Of a stretch of 64,000 nt of DNA, positions 49,200-62,820 are shown piece after piece. The stretch comes from Epiperipatus broadwayi (Eukaryota; Animalia; Onychophora). A program made the position numbers and the translations under genes. Location of the stretch: the NCBI GenBank assembly GCA_028023455.1, contig JAQFVV010000009.1:5828001-5892000 (forward strand), read 5' to 3'. Below the pieces are notes generated by a model. The model was not told the DNA's origin. It ran no database searches and saw only the letters and a program-made list of their open reading frames with translations. Position 1 is the stretch's first letter; each line of letters begins with the position of its first letter.

Positions 49200-49930
49200 A
49201 GAATTTGATTCTTCCAAAATTTGAGTGTCTGTCGATTATAGTCTACTGCGGACAAAAACTTTTCTATGTGCTAACAAAGAAACTATTAGTAAAATTCATA
49301 TTGAATTAGCAACCGTTCTAACTTGGACTATTGAGAAGAAAGATGAGACCTTGCACAACATAAAATTTTTAAACTTAGATATCATCAGAAAGGACAATGT
49401 TTTAGGCTACAGAATGATCTTAAAACCATTAAAACGTAAAAGTCACCATACATGTTACGTCTAATACTACCTTCTTCTATAAATACACTGGTCTAAAAGG
49501 CTTTCTCTAAAGAAACTTCAAGCTGTGCAAATTCGAAGCTGATTGGAGAAGAAACATTGATATAAAGATTAGAAACCTAATAAACATTGGGTACAATTCT
49601 AAAAGAATTACCACAATTATTACAAAATTTTATAACAAAATCTTGCACTCTACAAACCTTTAACCTGATAATAAAAAATGATCTAGTTTCTCTTATATTT
49701 CGAAACTTGCCCGCACCCTACAAACCTTTAACCTGATAATAAAAAATGATCTAGATTCTCTTATATTTTGAAACTTGCCCACATATTAAATAAAACATTT
49801 TGCTTCAATAAATACTATGAGTTTTCGTTTGCCTCCATCTTTAAATAAATTATTAAATAATTCAAAAGACAAAATATCTACAGAGGCTTCACATCAAATT
49901 GTGTACAAAATTTATTGCAAAGAACCTAAT
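49200..49930 (+). mobile_element. Penelope-like element fragment (RT thumb to start of GIY-YIG), with 68-bp internal duplication
   Basis: ORF 49225-49464 reads LTWTIEK..IKFLNLDIIRK..LKP, matching the PLE FTxE..IxFLD..YRKP motif. IVYKIYCKE near 49900. Duplication at 49650 and 49718. Confidence 0.7.
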
Positions 49931-51009
49931 TTCTTGAAGTCTTACTATGATGAAACTTGAGTTAACTTATCTACAAGACTTGCCCAGTATAAATATCAGT
50001 ACAACTGGGCCAAGAAAAGCTATGAATGTGCTTCTGTTTTCTTGGATCATGAGTTGCAATCAGGCCATAACTTTAATCTCTCTATGGCTTTGTTCTGAGA
50101 GAGAGGTCAGAAAGAGAAAGGTGTGGTCAATAGATAAAGATTATCATGCCATCAATAAAAAAGACTCTAGTACCCCTCTTTTTGCTACCAGTTTCATCAT
50201 TAGTATGTAAATCTACTCCTAAAAATTCAATTTTATGATAATCTATTATTTAATATTCAAAAATAACTTTATATCTAGATCTCAACTTCCTTTAGTCACA
50301 TAAAGCCATGATTATGATATTTAGGATTGAAAGTACTCAGCTTTAAATACATTTTCTTGATTACAAATTCAAACCTGTTCTATTGTCAAAAATGTTTTAA
50401 TATTTTTTGAACCATTACAATATTTACTTTTAATACTACAACTGCCTTTTGCTTTACCACTGCTACTCATGATTATTTCTATTACTATTTAGACAATGTG
50501 AGACATGCTATCTAGAGTAAGCTCTAAAAATAGATCCTTAAACTTACAATCTCCTTTCTTAAAACTAGACTGCCTTGAGCAAAGATCATATATGAGGACT
50601 TCCAGTTTAACTTGTACATAATTGCTTTCTTAATTCCAATGGGAATGAGCTAAAAAAATAAAAATGGGAATTAAGAGTTAGAATTGCTGTGCATATAGTT
50701 AAAGGATAGAGAAGTGATTGTACAAACACTCAAACCACTCTCATGGTAAGCATAAGGAGATGATCAATGACAAGAAACACTCATGTCAACAGAGTCCTAT
50801 ACTATTTTAATAACCTAAGACAATAAAAAAAAAGAGAGACAGAACCTAATCTCTAAGGAATCAACATTTTATCTTAAAAAGCAGCAGAACATAGTCTTGG
50901 TCAGGCACTGATTACTAATTATTGATATTGTACAGGTCAAAACATGTTTATCCATCTAAGATGAGCTGGAACTCAAAAAATGTACTTCAAACCCAATAAG
51001 CTTGAGATT

Positions 51010-51080
51010 TAAGTCAGGGACCAGCCTGGATTCGAACCCACTCTCTAAACCCCAGATCAAACACCTAATAGATAACATAA
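51010..51080 (-). mobile_element. tRNA-derived SINE head
   Basis: Perfect B-box GGTTCGAATCC (51028-51038, minus strand). The A-box is degenerate and there is no full cloverleaf. Confidence 0.45.
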
Positions 51081-53049
51081 CAATGATGGTACATGAGAAT
51101 TTATTTTAAATCCAGCCCACTAGCAGAGCGGAGAAGACAATGAGACATCTATTAACTATGACTTAACTAAAATATATACAGGCATAGCTGTATGTGTGGA
51201 AGTGGAGAAAAAGCAATTCGATCTACTCAAATAAGTTAGGCAATAAAAATATAGTTTAATATATAATGACAAATTATTATACATACATTTATAAATTGAT
51301 TGCATACATTAGTATGTGCGTGAATGAGAAATCAGTCTACCAAACGATAGACAATCATACACTGTCATTCATGCCATTATTTCTCATATGCTCTTTATTA
51401 GCTGAATAATATATTATAAATAAACACACATCTTTGGTGGGACTAATATTAAGATGCCAATCAATTATCAGAAAGAATTTACATAAGATTGCTATTAATG
51501 CTTTGGATTATGGTTCTGAAACATAGTGACTAACATTATTTCGGGGAGCATTCCGAGATTCATTACAAATATAATATAAACTATTTCCAAGCTATTACGG
51601 CCATGAAAATAAACAAAATACATCCGAAAACATATTTGACTATAAGACAAAATACTTAATGAAAATTCTCTTAATTAGCACTGGCAAAAAGAATGCTCCA
51701 TTTTCCCCTAGGCAACTCTTAAATATAGTATGATGGTGGGACTGTATAAGATTGAAATAAATTTAATTAATAAAACTAATAGTAGTGATACTCGGAATTC
51801 TAGATATATATTTAAGCAGAGCGCAATTTTAATATTAGAGCATTAAAACTGGGCCATGAAGCAAAAGAAAAAATAATACGAAGAAGTTTGCGGTGCTGAC
51901 ATTGTGGCAAAGAGATAACAGGAAAAGCCATGCTTCTGGATGAAAGACGAAGTAAGACCCCCTTCTTGGGCAGTGCTTAGAGAAAAGTGGATAAGGCATG
52001 CCGTGGATGACAATGACATGCAGGCCTTTCATATGAAAAAAGTGGATAGGCATAGCGTGTGCCAAACTTACGGGAATCACTGCCAGAGGAATTTTATATG
52101 GAATAAATGGTCCTGGGAAGGTTAACTATCCTCAGGACAAGACTTGAAAAGAAATCTATGGGTTAAACTTGTCACAACCCCCAGATTAAGAAGCACATAT
52201 ATATAAAAACGTAGATAAGGCCGAATGTCAGAAATGCAGCACAGATAAATATCACTAACGACATTGACTAAGATTTACTGCTTTAAAAATAAATGATCCT
52301 TGTTTGAATACCATAGTTTAGACAAATAATATGCTATGCAGTTATATATATATATGGAGAGACAAGATTTTACTTAACTAAAATAATAAAATATACATTA
52401 AAATTTACCCCCTTCCCCGTCTTCTATTTAAAATGATTCAATTCCACCTTTGAGTATTTCATAACAACTGAGAATATTCAAGCATATATTTTAAGAGTAT
52501 GGAAAAATAAAAGAAAATGAGCAGTTATAGAAAACCAATAATAGGTCATCTTTTCAGAATTGAAAAAAAAAAACATTTTAAAAGATTTCAAAGCATTAAT
52601 TAGCTTGAATGGTGGATTTACCCAGGGCAGAATTACTTTATTCTATTCGGAGTTGAACAAATAATTTTATAATAAACCAACATAAAATGTTGATTCGTAA
52701 AAACAAACTGGCGAACATATATCATATAATATATTTTGAGGGAAAGTTAAAAATGTTAATTAATGGAGATTTAATAGAAAGACAAAAAGGATTTTAGAAG
52801 TTAAGTTTGCCAGGTCGCTGGAAATTGGCCTATTAATAATAAGCAAGCAGATATATAAATCAAATAATAAATACATATAAATAAATGACCGCACCAAAGT
52901 TAAGGAAAGTTAAGAGCATATGAGAGAGAATTAAATTTATAGAAATTAATTAAGAGCAAATCACATATTAAAACAAAAACAAAGTTAAATAATATATTAG
53001 AAGAAATCTTGATATATGAGTTAGGCTAGATTTAGTTTGAGGTGATGGC

Positions 53050-53460
53050 TTGAAAAGTTACCTTGCAATTTTAAGAGTCTAATTTAAAGTATGGCACATG
53101 CATGGCAATTGAAATGCAAGTTCTTCGGTGGCAGCAAGCTTCTATTAGCATTCTAAAAGTTCTTAGGTCGAGCTTTTACTTCACTCTTGGGCAGCAGAAT
53201 GGTATGGTAGTGGAAGATGATGATCCAACCAGGCTGAGAAGGGTGGTGGACTTACTACTATGTCATTTAAAGTTTCACAGCGATGTATAGCATGTTATGT
53301 TCAGTTTTCTCAATAGTAGCTAATCTGTTGGTGATTTAAAATCTGGCCATTTTATACTCCTGCCCAGGTATTTGAAGAATGCTTTCCATTTCTTATCTCT
53401 AGCTCAAACGCAATCTTTAATCTAACAGAAATTTTACATTTCTTTGTCCATGGTTTTTGA
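53050..53460 (-). mobile_element. Decayed non-LTR RT fragment
   Basis: FFKYLG motif near 53370 on the minus strand, with coding-like neighbours. Confidence 0.35.
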
Positions 53461-54429
53461 AAGATGCAACTGTTAGATAAAATTCCAAAAATATATTCAA
53501 ATCTATTTCCAGATTAGAAATGGATTTGATAAAAATGTTTATAACAAAAGAAAATCTTTAATCTTAATCCCCATTTTATTTCAAGTAAAAACTTTAATTA
53601 AAAATACCTCCCCCAGATTAAAACAATAGTGTTTCCAACCCTTTAATTATTTTTGGACAATTAATGGTTGCATCTTCCATCTTGGATTTTATAAAATATG
53701 CATTTTAATAGGAAAAACAATTTAAAAAGAAAAAGTTTTAAAATGACATATAATAAAATATTTATAAAAAAATCAATGTTTGGTTAGTTTGTTTGCTCCT
53801 ATATATATATTTGAGCCGCACCTATGTACTTTAATAAAAAAAGAACTATTAATTAATAAGAATTTAAAAAATGTTATTGAAACGTTAAAATTTTATAACT
53901 TAGGCGTGCATCTCAAATATATACATAAAATATATATACATGACAAAAGGAGCAGGATGGGATATAGGGTTTGAATACAGGTTAGTAGATGGAACTATGA
54001 AGCTCAATCTTAAGCTAAGATTGACTGCTGCAATATTAAATATATATATGAATGTTAAGATATGACAACTCAGCCCTATACTTATTTATATGGTTAAAGA
54101 CAGTAAAAAAAAAGGAAAAAACAGAAAAACTGTTTGTATCACAAATAGTATCTATAATTAAATGAATCAACACTTTATCCTATAAAGAAAAGGGTACTGT
54201 TGATATGGTATTGTTTACTAGTTCCTTCATATTTCAATGTTATCCAACATTTGTGGACAACCTCATTAGCCTACGCATAGCACCCAAAATGAGTAAAAAA
54301 TAATGTGAAAATAGTAAAAAATAAATAAAATGAATAAGACAAATAAATATAAAGTTGTAGATAAAGAATGGATTTTGAATACACTTATAATGCCTTAGCA
54401 CTTGCCTTTTCTGCAAGGATTCAAAAAGC

Positions 54430-56545
54430 GATTATCAGAAATTTGTATCAACTATTTTTGATTTACAATCGATTATTCACTAACAACTGTAAAAAAATTT
54501 TTTTTACAAATTTATTGGAGGCCATTTTGTAAGACTGGTGATGTTATAGGATAGTTATTAAAGCTATGTCATCCAAAACCAAAATAATGACTATCATACT
54601 GAAACAATACAGTTCAGAGTTTATTCATAATACAATATTAATGCTGTATACAATATTTTGATTATAAACTTAGAATATGATTAATGAATATATAATAAAA
54701 TATTTTATTTAATTTTCATCCAGCGTTTTTGCAAGATAATCAGTTCTTCATTAATGATATATCCAAAGATTTTCATCATTAATAATTACAAAACTGAAAA
54801 AAAAAAGTGTTTCATTCAATATAATAATATAATTAAAACCATACTTTAATGACATATCACAAACAAATATATTAATAACATATTAAATTTAAAATATGTA
54901 CATTAGTTTAAAAATTATACACTATTTATTCACTTTTATGAATTAAAATTTTTACTTACAGTACTTTGCTTGTGGCAAAAATAATGATCATTGTATTGTA
55001 ATTTAGTTATCATAATTGTTATTTTGAAAAAAAAAGAAAAATGATTTCATAATAATTAACTTTGCAGGATCAAAAATTACTAAATCTAAATTTAAAACAA
55101 TACAATTCTATTTGCTCAAATTTAAAACATCTCTTAAAGTTATCGCACACGTATAAAAATGTAGATCGGAGAAAAAATGAAAATTTTATTCAATATGAAA
55201 CTGTTAACATAAATGTATTTTCGGTTTAAAAAACGTGCAAAATTGCATACAAATAAACTGAAAAAGATTCATACCTTTCATATTTATGTATTTAAATAGT
55301 TTGACTGCACTAATTGAAAAATTTTGAAGATATTTCAAAGAAGTGACAAAAAAAATGCAACAGCAGTTTATGCATTTGTATACAATCTGCATAGTACATA
55401 TTATAAAAAAAAAGCCTTAAATATTAATTGCAATGCGCAAATGTAGAATGCATTAGATACATTTTTTTTTTCTTTTTTAACATGTCAGAATATTTTTTTA
55501 AGTAATTTTGGCAATGTACCATATGCAAATTTTGCTATTCTTAAACTAATGCCAAATAAAAAGTCTTTATGAGCAATTAAATAAGTTGTTATTAAACTTT
55601 TTTTTAAATTCTAAATAATTTCATGCAAGTAGTATAATATAGTAATACAAATTTGAAAAAATAAAACTTCAGTATGGATTTTTTTTTTTCAGTGCAACGA
55701 AAAACAGTTGCACAGAAGAAGACAAAAAAATTGTTAACTGCAAGTTATTTTTACTTTCTCATTCATTTTGCAGTACTTTTGGTCAGTTAAAAGACTTTTT
55801 TTTTTTTTCTTCAAAGAAATCTGTTTACATTTTCAATTAGAATCATGGCTACAAGTAATATGACCATGAAAAAATCAAGAAAATCTCTGAGATTGGAAAC
55901 AGAAATAGATATCTTAAGTTAACTGGAAACAGAAGGAAATCATAGTATCTGTTCTTCTATGGGTTTATTCACATTTACCAACAGTATTATTTTTAAAAAC
56001 AAAGACAAAATAGAACAAAGTGCTCAAATCATCATAGATATATCCAAACTTTCCAAAATCATAAAATCCCAGCATCCCATATAAAAAAAAATCCAAGAAT
56101 CAACCATCCATTCTAAAGTTTTCTCTAGATCATCAGGCATTATTTCCTCCAAAAAAACTAAGATCATCAAAGGATTTAGAAGATAACAATACACCTTAGA
56201 ATAAGCAAATTCATGATTCAGAAAATTAGATAATTATGATTGATGAATGGATCACAGAAATAACTTTAAGATAAGTGTTTTTTACATAGATTTAAGTTGC
56301 ATTGTCATACATACACACATATTTTAAGTGCATACTTGCATAAGGGAGTTTTTTATATTACTATATATACTAGATTAAGTTATTTGTTCACAGCTTATAA
56401 TGTAAATTTTAGCTGAAATAACCAGTCAAATTTTTTCTCATAGAAAACCATTATAACTACTTATTTTTTATGCACTGTTCTTGTTTAACAATGAGTTTTG
56501 GGAGACCAATTGCCCACTAAGTAGAGCAAAAGTATACTCTGTATT
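54430..56545 (+). mobile_element. Old pogo/Tigger-related repeat, copy 2
   Basis: Collinear with copy 1. Retains the N-terminus MATSNMTMKKSRKSLRLETEIDIL (from 55846, HTH-psq-like). Ends ...ctg|ta near 56543. Confidence 0.6.
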
Positions 56546-56763
56546 ATAATACTTAATTTGAGAAAGAACAACTAGAAATTGTCATTAATTTTATTATGGA
56601 TGATTTTAGAAGCATATACTAATTTGTATGCTAAGGTCTGCATATTCTTTTATTGACTAAAACTGACCATCTAAATACTTAATTGTCAAATAATTATTAC
56701 TAGCATTTAAACAAAATTATTATATCACTGAAGATTATTATTATGAGTTTTTAACTAGACTAC

Positions 56764-56926
56764 AGTAATATTTACTAAGACTGCAACCTCAGAAATGTGC
56801 GCAGAAAAATGCGATAGTAGAGACCTCTACAGGTCTTAACCACAAGCTGGTAAAGACCTGTAGAGGTCCCTACTATCGCATTTTTACGCGCACATTCCTG
56901 AGGTTACAGCCTTAGTAAATATTACT
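56764..56926. repeat. Hairpin (74-bp arms, 15-nt loop) between 16-bp direct repeats
   Basis: Arms 56764-56837 and 56853-56926. taactagactacagta at 56752-56767 and 56942-56957. Confidence 0.9.
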
Positions 56927-58543
56927 TAAATAATAAATTTATAACTAGACTACAGTAGGATGTGGTAAAACTCCAGACAACATTTTATAATTTTAATTAC
57001 AAAATAGAAAGCTCAGACGTTAATTAAGATATTTCTGCAAAGTTTTATATTCATCATTATTATTTTAGTTTAAAATTAAATTGTGAATATTGTTATTGAT
57101 TTTAAAATCACTTAAATCTGATGTCGGTCTCATACTCAGAGAGAAAATTGTTTAATATATTTCATCAGGATTAAATAGAAAAATACTTTAAATCATATGT
57201 GTATGAGGACATGTATACAGAATATTTAGACAAATAATATATTAAAATAAATTTCTAATTTATTTTATAAGGGTGAAACGTTAGAAAAATTTCGGAGGAA
57301 ATTAAGAAATGCGGAACTAAAGCTTAAAAATATACAGTATTTTAATGGAAAGCTTTTAAACAATAACATTTAACAATAAAAGGGTTAGTGTCATTTTCAA
57401 AAGTTTCGACAATCAACACTTAGGTAAATTAGTTTTTGATCAAAATATTAAAAACGTTTTTTTAAAATAAAATAAATACTGTGTCGTTAAAAAGATCAAG
57501 GCAAGCATTACATTATTCACCTTACATAAAAAGTTAACTTTATTTTCCCCCAAACTTCTAAAATAACAACCAAAAAAATCTGCCCTTAAGATCATTCGCC
57601 GATCTGAAAATATTTCAGAGTGACAAATGTAACAGCTGCTACACTAATTATTTTTTTTAAAGAATAATTTTTTCGTAAGCATTTGGGGGGGAAAGATGCA
57701 TTAAACAATAAAGATTAAAAAAAGAAAGTTATATTTACATGATACATTAGCATTAAAAGAAAGAATAATTCTAATAATAAACCCATTTTAAAGAGTTAGT
57801 GAGATTTATTATGATTACTCTAGTATATTGATAGGAACCTCTGAAGAGAGTCAATTGTTAAACTTCCCCAAGTTTGAAATCTGAGCATAACGGTTAAATC
57901 AATTAAGGTGAAGATTGATTTGATGTGATTTAGATATAATTTATATTAATAATAAATTATTTATTTGGAACACATAGTTATATATTAAAATTAAATCACA
58001 TCAGTCATAACATCCTATATGAAGACCTTAAATCTGATTATAGTGAGATGTGAATGCCTTAACTTATCTCATTGAGAGGGTACATACCATTATAATATAA
58101 TGGCAAGGAATTGCATATGATTTGTATAAAAAGGCTGATTATTATTTGGATGGTTTCAAAAAACTGTCCTTTTATAATTCCTGATCTGATTGAAAAGATG
58201 CCCTGTCTGACAAATCAAACACTTTTCTGAAATTAATAAATGGAATTGTTTCATTTTCCCCCCTAAAATTTCATCACAACAATGTTTCTATATACATAAG
58301 TTTGCTTGTAGAAATATAGTTCATGAGATTTTTTTTTTTTCACTGCATGCAATCGTTATCCTGGTAATTGACAATGCATTGATATAATTGCATAAAATCT
58401 GATCCTATTATCATTTTATAAATCAATTTTGCATAGTTAAGAACATATGTTCTATTATCATAGATGCTATCAGAAGTTAATCTAAATTGATTATTCTTTC
58501 CTAATACCTGAATAAATAATTTTCCAATTTTTTTTAAAAAAAG

Positions 58544-58799
58544 AGGCAAAACTCTCTATATACGTATTGCCACTCAGTGCAAGCCAGAGTAATCAATGGA
58601 TGCCAGAAGGTTTGTGCATAAAATCCCCATCTAGTGCTTCCTCATCCAATATCCCCAGACAAGTTTCTGGCTTGTGGCCTTAGTCTGGGGATATTGGATG
58701 AATAGGCACTAGATGGGGATTTTATACACAAACCTTCTGGCATTCATTGATTATTTTGGCTTGCACTGAATGGCAATACGTATATGGAGAGTTTTGCCT
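58544..58799. mobile_element. Hairpin MITE (117-bp arms, 22-nt loop)
   Basis: Arms 58544-58660 and 58683-58799, with about 10 mismatches. TTAA lies a few bases outside each end. Confidence 0.85.
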
Positions 58800-59149
58800 G
58801 TTTTAATAACAGTTAAGAGCAAGCATAAGAAATGGTGATCATGTGATGTTTATTAGCATAATTTTCCAACTTCTCAGAAATTTGTTCTCCCAAATACACC
58901 AATGTCTTACTGTGGATACCTTGGAATAATTTTTTCTTTAATAAGAGGACATGTTCCTTCATCCTCATAAATTAGATTTTATATTTTTGTCTAAATCATA
59001 TTCGTGATTTTTAGCACTATCATCAGTTACAGATCCTCATGGTAAGAGATTTATTATCAATGCTTTTTTTTAAATTTTCTGATGAGAAAGAATTATCTCT
59101 TTAATGTGGGTGTTTTATTATTTTTTTTATTGTGAATACTTTTACAGTT

Positions 59150-59560
59150 ATTTTTTCCCCTCATAAATTGTTCTTATGATTAGTAGCATATAGTTTGCTA
59201 ACACAGTATCCATCCTCTTGGATTTTATTTATGTCCAGGGCTATCAATAGTTCTATTTTTTTAATAATTCTCCTGTCATCCCATTATATGTCTTTTGACA
59301 GGTTATGTCATATCATCTTTATTATTTGGCTTTTAGAGAAAATGAAGTAAGAGTCTATACCCTTGATACATATTTCTTGAAAAACTGGGTACAATTTTTA
59401 GCACTTCTATGTCTGCATTTTTGGAGCAACTTCATAATGTATTCCATTCAGCTTCTCTTCGTTCCAGAAATTGTTCATTACTGCTTGATGATAACTCTCA
59501 TAACTTTATGAAATTACAAATAATAAATGCCATCAATTCTCTCAGGAGACTATAAGCAAT
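59150..59560 (-). mobile_element. Decayed LINE (RTE-like) fragment
   Basis: Degenerate KA.G.DG..GELLK-like reading around 59250-59300. Confidence 0.35.
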
Positions 59561-59659
59561 TATTATTTTTTCCCTTTTCACTGATAATAATAATAAAAAG
59601 ACCTTCTTTCATCTTACCACAGATTTTGTATGAACTAACACGCTACCTTCTTTCAGTTA

Positions 59660-60129
59660 CCTTAGATTCCTTTTGAATTTTTTTCACAATAACAATCAGT
59701 TCATTTATTATGGCTGTCAACTCATTCTGATACTCCAATTTTCATGTCTTCTATTTGGCATGAGATTTCTGGATTATTCTTTTCTAACTTCTTTATTTGT
59801 ACTATTTTCTTTTGCATGGATCTCTATATATTTGTATCAATACTACTGGCCAATTCTTATAATTTTCATAACATTTCTCAATTTATGTTTCCATTTCCTT
59901 GGATTCCATTTAAATTTGTTTCATAATAACAATTCATTTGTTACGGCTATCACCTCATTCTGATACTCCATCTTTCATGTCTTCTATTTGGCATGTTACT
60001 TCTAGATTATTCTTTTCTAACTTCTTTATTTGTGCTATTTTCTTTTGCATGGATTTCTATATCTTTGTGTTAATACTATTGGCCAATTCTTATAATTTTC
60101 ATAACATTTCTCAATTTATGTTTCCATTT
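59660..60129 (-). repeat. 237-bp tandem duplication within a decayed coiled-coil (gag/ORF1-like) segment
   Basis: Period 237 (59660 and 59897). The minus strand reads ELANSINTKI.KSMQKKIAQIKKLEKNNLEVTCQIEDMKDGVSE. Confidence 0.7.
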
Positions 60130-62604
60130 CAATTATCTTCTTTACTATACATTTTAAAATATCCATGATTTCTTATTTTTCCCATTTCTTTCTTTTATTA
60201 TTTCTATATTTCATATTATTTTGGAATTTTTCCTCTATATACTTCCATATGATTTAATTTTTTGATTTGATATCTTCCAATTTCTGCCCTATTAATTGTT
60301 CTATATCATTATGTCTATTAGAAATCTTGGTAGCTTCCAATTTCTTGTTTATTAATGTAGAACACTGTCCGATAATATTTCTATAAAGATTAATATGACT
60401 CTCCATTTTGGAAAATTGATTTATTACCATTTATTTTATTTTATTCTAATTTGTTCATGTTGGCAAGATTCACTTGGTTTCTTATTTATCACTTCTTCTG
60501 TTGGATTTAATTTACACTGTGCTATATTAATTAATCATCTCTTGCCATCCCCAAAACTTCTTCACACTTCATGACATCAGTTATTTTCTTGAGATATATT
60601 TATTACTTAAATTCATTTTAGATTTTCCCCAAAGTATTTCTTTCTATTCTAAATATTATTGTCACCTTGGTCAATCAATAATTAATTGTAATAAACTTTG
60701 ATCATTATGAGTTACCAACGCATAATGATATCCCCAATAGTTGAAATTTTGGAAAAAGACAAGATGTCAATTGAATCAAAAGAATTATCTAGCCAGACAT
60801 TCAATAATGAATGGCAATCAACATAGATCAATTTAAGAAAGCTTTTAAGTACTGCTGATATTTTGTGGCAAAAATCTCTCTGTATAAACATTAACTAATT
60901 AAAAGCATGTTGCATAAATTATTTAATCTCTTAATTAAATTTAAAACATTTTTTTTTACATCTATAAATTTAATCTGAAGCATAAAATAAAACATCAATT
61001 TTAATTAAAATACATTTTCTTTATATATAAAAAAATATTGAACATGTTATTTATTCAATTAAAATATAATTACATCAAATTTATTTGGTTAAAAAAAAAT
61101 TGAAAATAACTTTAAAGACAGTTCATGTGTGTTAAATATGTGATGAGATGTAAATGTCTTAGTACAGTATATAATTTTCCTTTTTTTTTAAGGCTGCAAA
61201 AAGAAGTTTGCTATATTTTTATGACTAATACAATATAGAAAATAGATTGACTCAGAGAATTATTTGCCAGTTCAAAATTGGAATACTAAAAAGAAAAAAA
61301 AATGTGTTAAGTTGGTATAAAAAGGATTTTAGAAGGAGGAATTTTTTAATTTGACTAACAAGGCTTTTAAGCTTACTGCCTGTATTCAAAAACTTCCTGA
61401 TTTTATCTTAGAAAAAGTCATTTTACATCATATCATTGTTTTTCTGAAAAAAGTTATGATAATATAACAAAAGTAATTGAAATAAATTTTTTACTTAAGT
61501 TTGTATTGAACTATTTTTAAATATGATTACAGCAATCACATTGAAATGTCAGCTAAAATGTACTTTTTAAAAAAATTATTTAATATCATTATTATCAAGT
61601 ATAATAGGATCTCCTACAATGAATGTTACTGCTTCCAGAAGCTCATTCATTATACAATTCATTTGTTGTAGCACACAATAAAATATGTGCATTTAAGAGA
61701 AAACAATTAAACAGGAAAATATAACACAAATGCAAAATATAAATGTGAAAATGCCTATAAAATTGCTGTACATATTTAAATTTTAAATACTGTACTAAAA
61801 ACTAAAACCAATTTTTTAAAAGCTTAAAATAAAAAGCATAAACAAATTTACCCTATTAAAAATCAGAAAAAAAATCCCAGATCACTGATTTAGCAATACC
61901 ATATTAAGAACTTTCTTGATGCTAGTAACTCTTTTTCTTGTTTAAAGTGAAAACTAAAATTGAACTTTTAAAGCAATAAACAAGTTTATGCTAATAAAAA
62001 TCATAAAGCATCAAAAACAGATTTTTGATTTAGTTATTCAATATTCTGTAACATAAACTAAGTTAGTGAATGTTTATTATAACAAAGATGATTGATGTTC
62101 AACATAAAAGAAAAGAATCTGGAATGTTTTAATATTGCACTCATTGAAAGTTTTATCACTTTTGAGTTTTGAATTTTTTTGACAGCAGTGTTATGTAATC
62201 TTTTTAATTATGCTTTTTCAGATTCATGGTTAAAATTATTATATAAGTGTAGAGCAGAATATTTTTTTAATATAGTCTTTTCACTGCTGAACATACAAAT
62301 AAATAAGTAAATAAAATGTCTATCCCTCTACAATTCATTATAATATTGGTATTTATTGCACTTGTTTGCTGTATAACTCTTTGTAGTAGCAAATGTCACT
62401 GTATTTAAATAGAAAAGTTTCTGATTAATTTCAAAATATATAATGGAAAAATAAAAAAGACCAATATCTCTTTTAAAGAATTTAAATATAGATGGTGTTT
62501 CTAGTGAAATAGTTGTGGCTATATACAGTATTTGGAATTTCCTATTAAAAAATTATGTGTACAAATATGTATATTATCCACAGTTAAATTATTTATTACT
62601 ATCC

Positions 62605-62820
62605 TGCATAGTTTAGTGTAATAATAGAAAGGTAAATTCTGGAGCCCAAGATCCATGAATCACAGTTCCGGTTCTATCACTTCTGAGGTTCAAATTTCTT
62701 TATGAACTTCTGAGCAAATAAACCATTCAATTTTATTTTATTTTACTTTTAATTATTTATTAATTTGGTTTCATTATTAACTTTATATTAAAAACCAGAT
62801 CCATCTCATTTGTAAGTAAT
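62605..62820 (+). mobile_element. Degenerate tRNA-SINE with CORE/MIR-like blocks
   Basis: gcatagtttagtg...tctggagcc...ttccggttctatcactt...tgaacttctgagcaaataaacc...ctcatttgtaa follows the order of MIR/CORE-SINE blocks. A related copy lies at 33735-33820. Confidence 0.4.

Noticed and set aside
51010-51080. tRNA gene
   Set aside because: Only the B-box is intact. There is no acceptor or anticodon stem, so it is treated as a SINE head.
51835-52125. Overlapping 81-aa and 61-aa ORFs in a GC-richer patch
   Set aside because: No recognisable domain. Probably a repeat fragment, left unassigned.
57380-57425. gtcgaaac and tgaaaatgac motifs on the minus strand resembling the PLE hammerhead
   Set aside because: The two half-motifs are in the wrong order for a type I fold and I could not build the stems.
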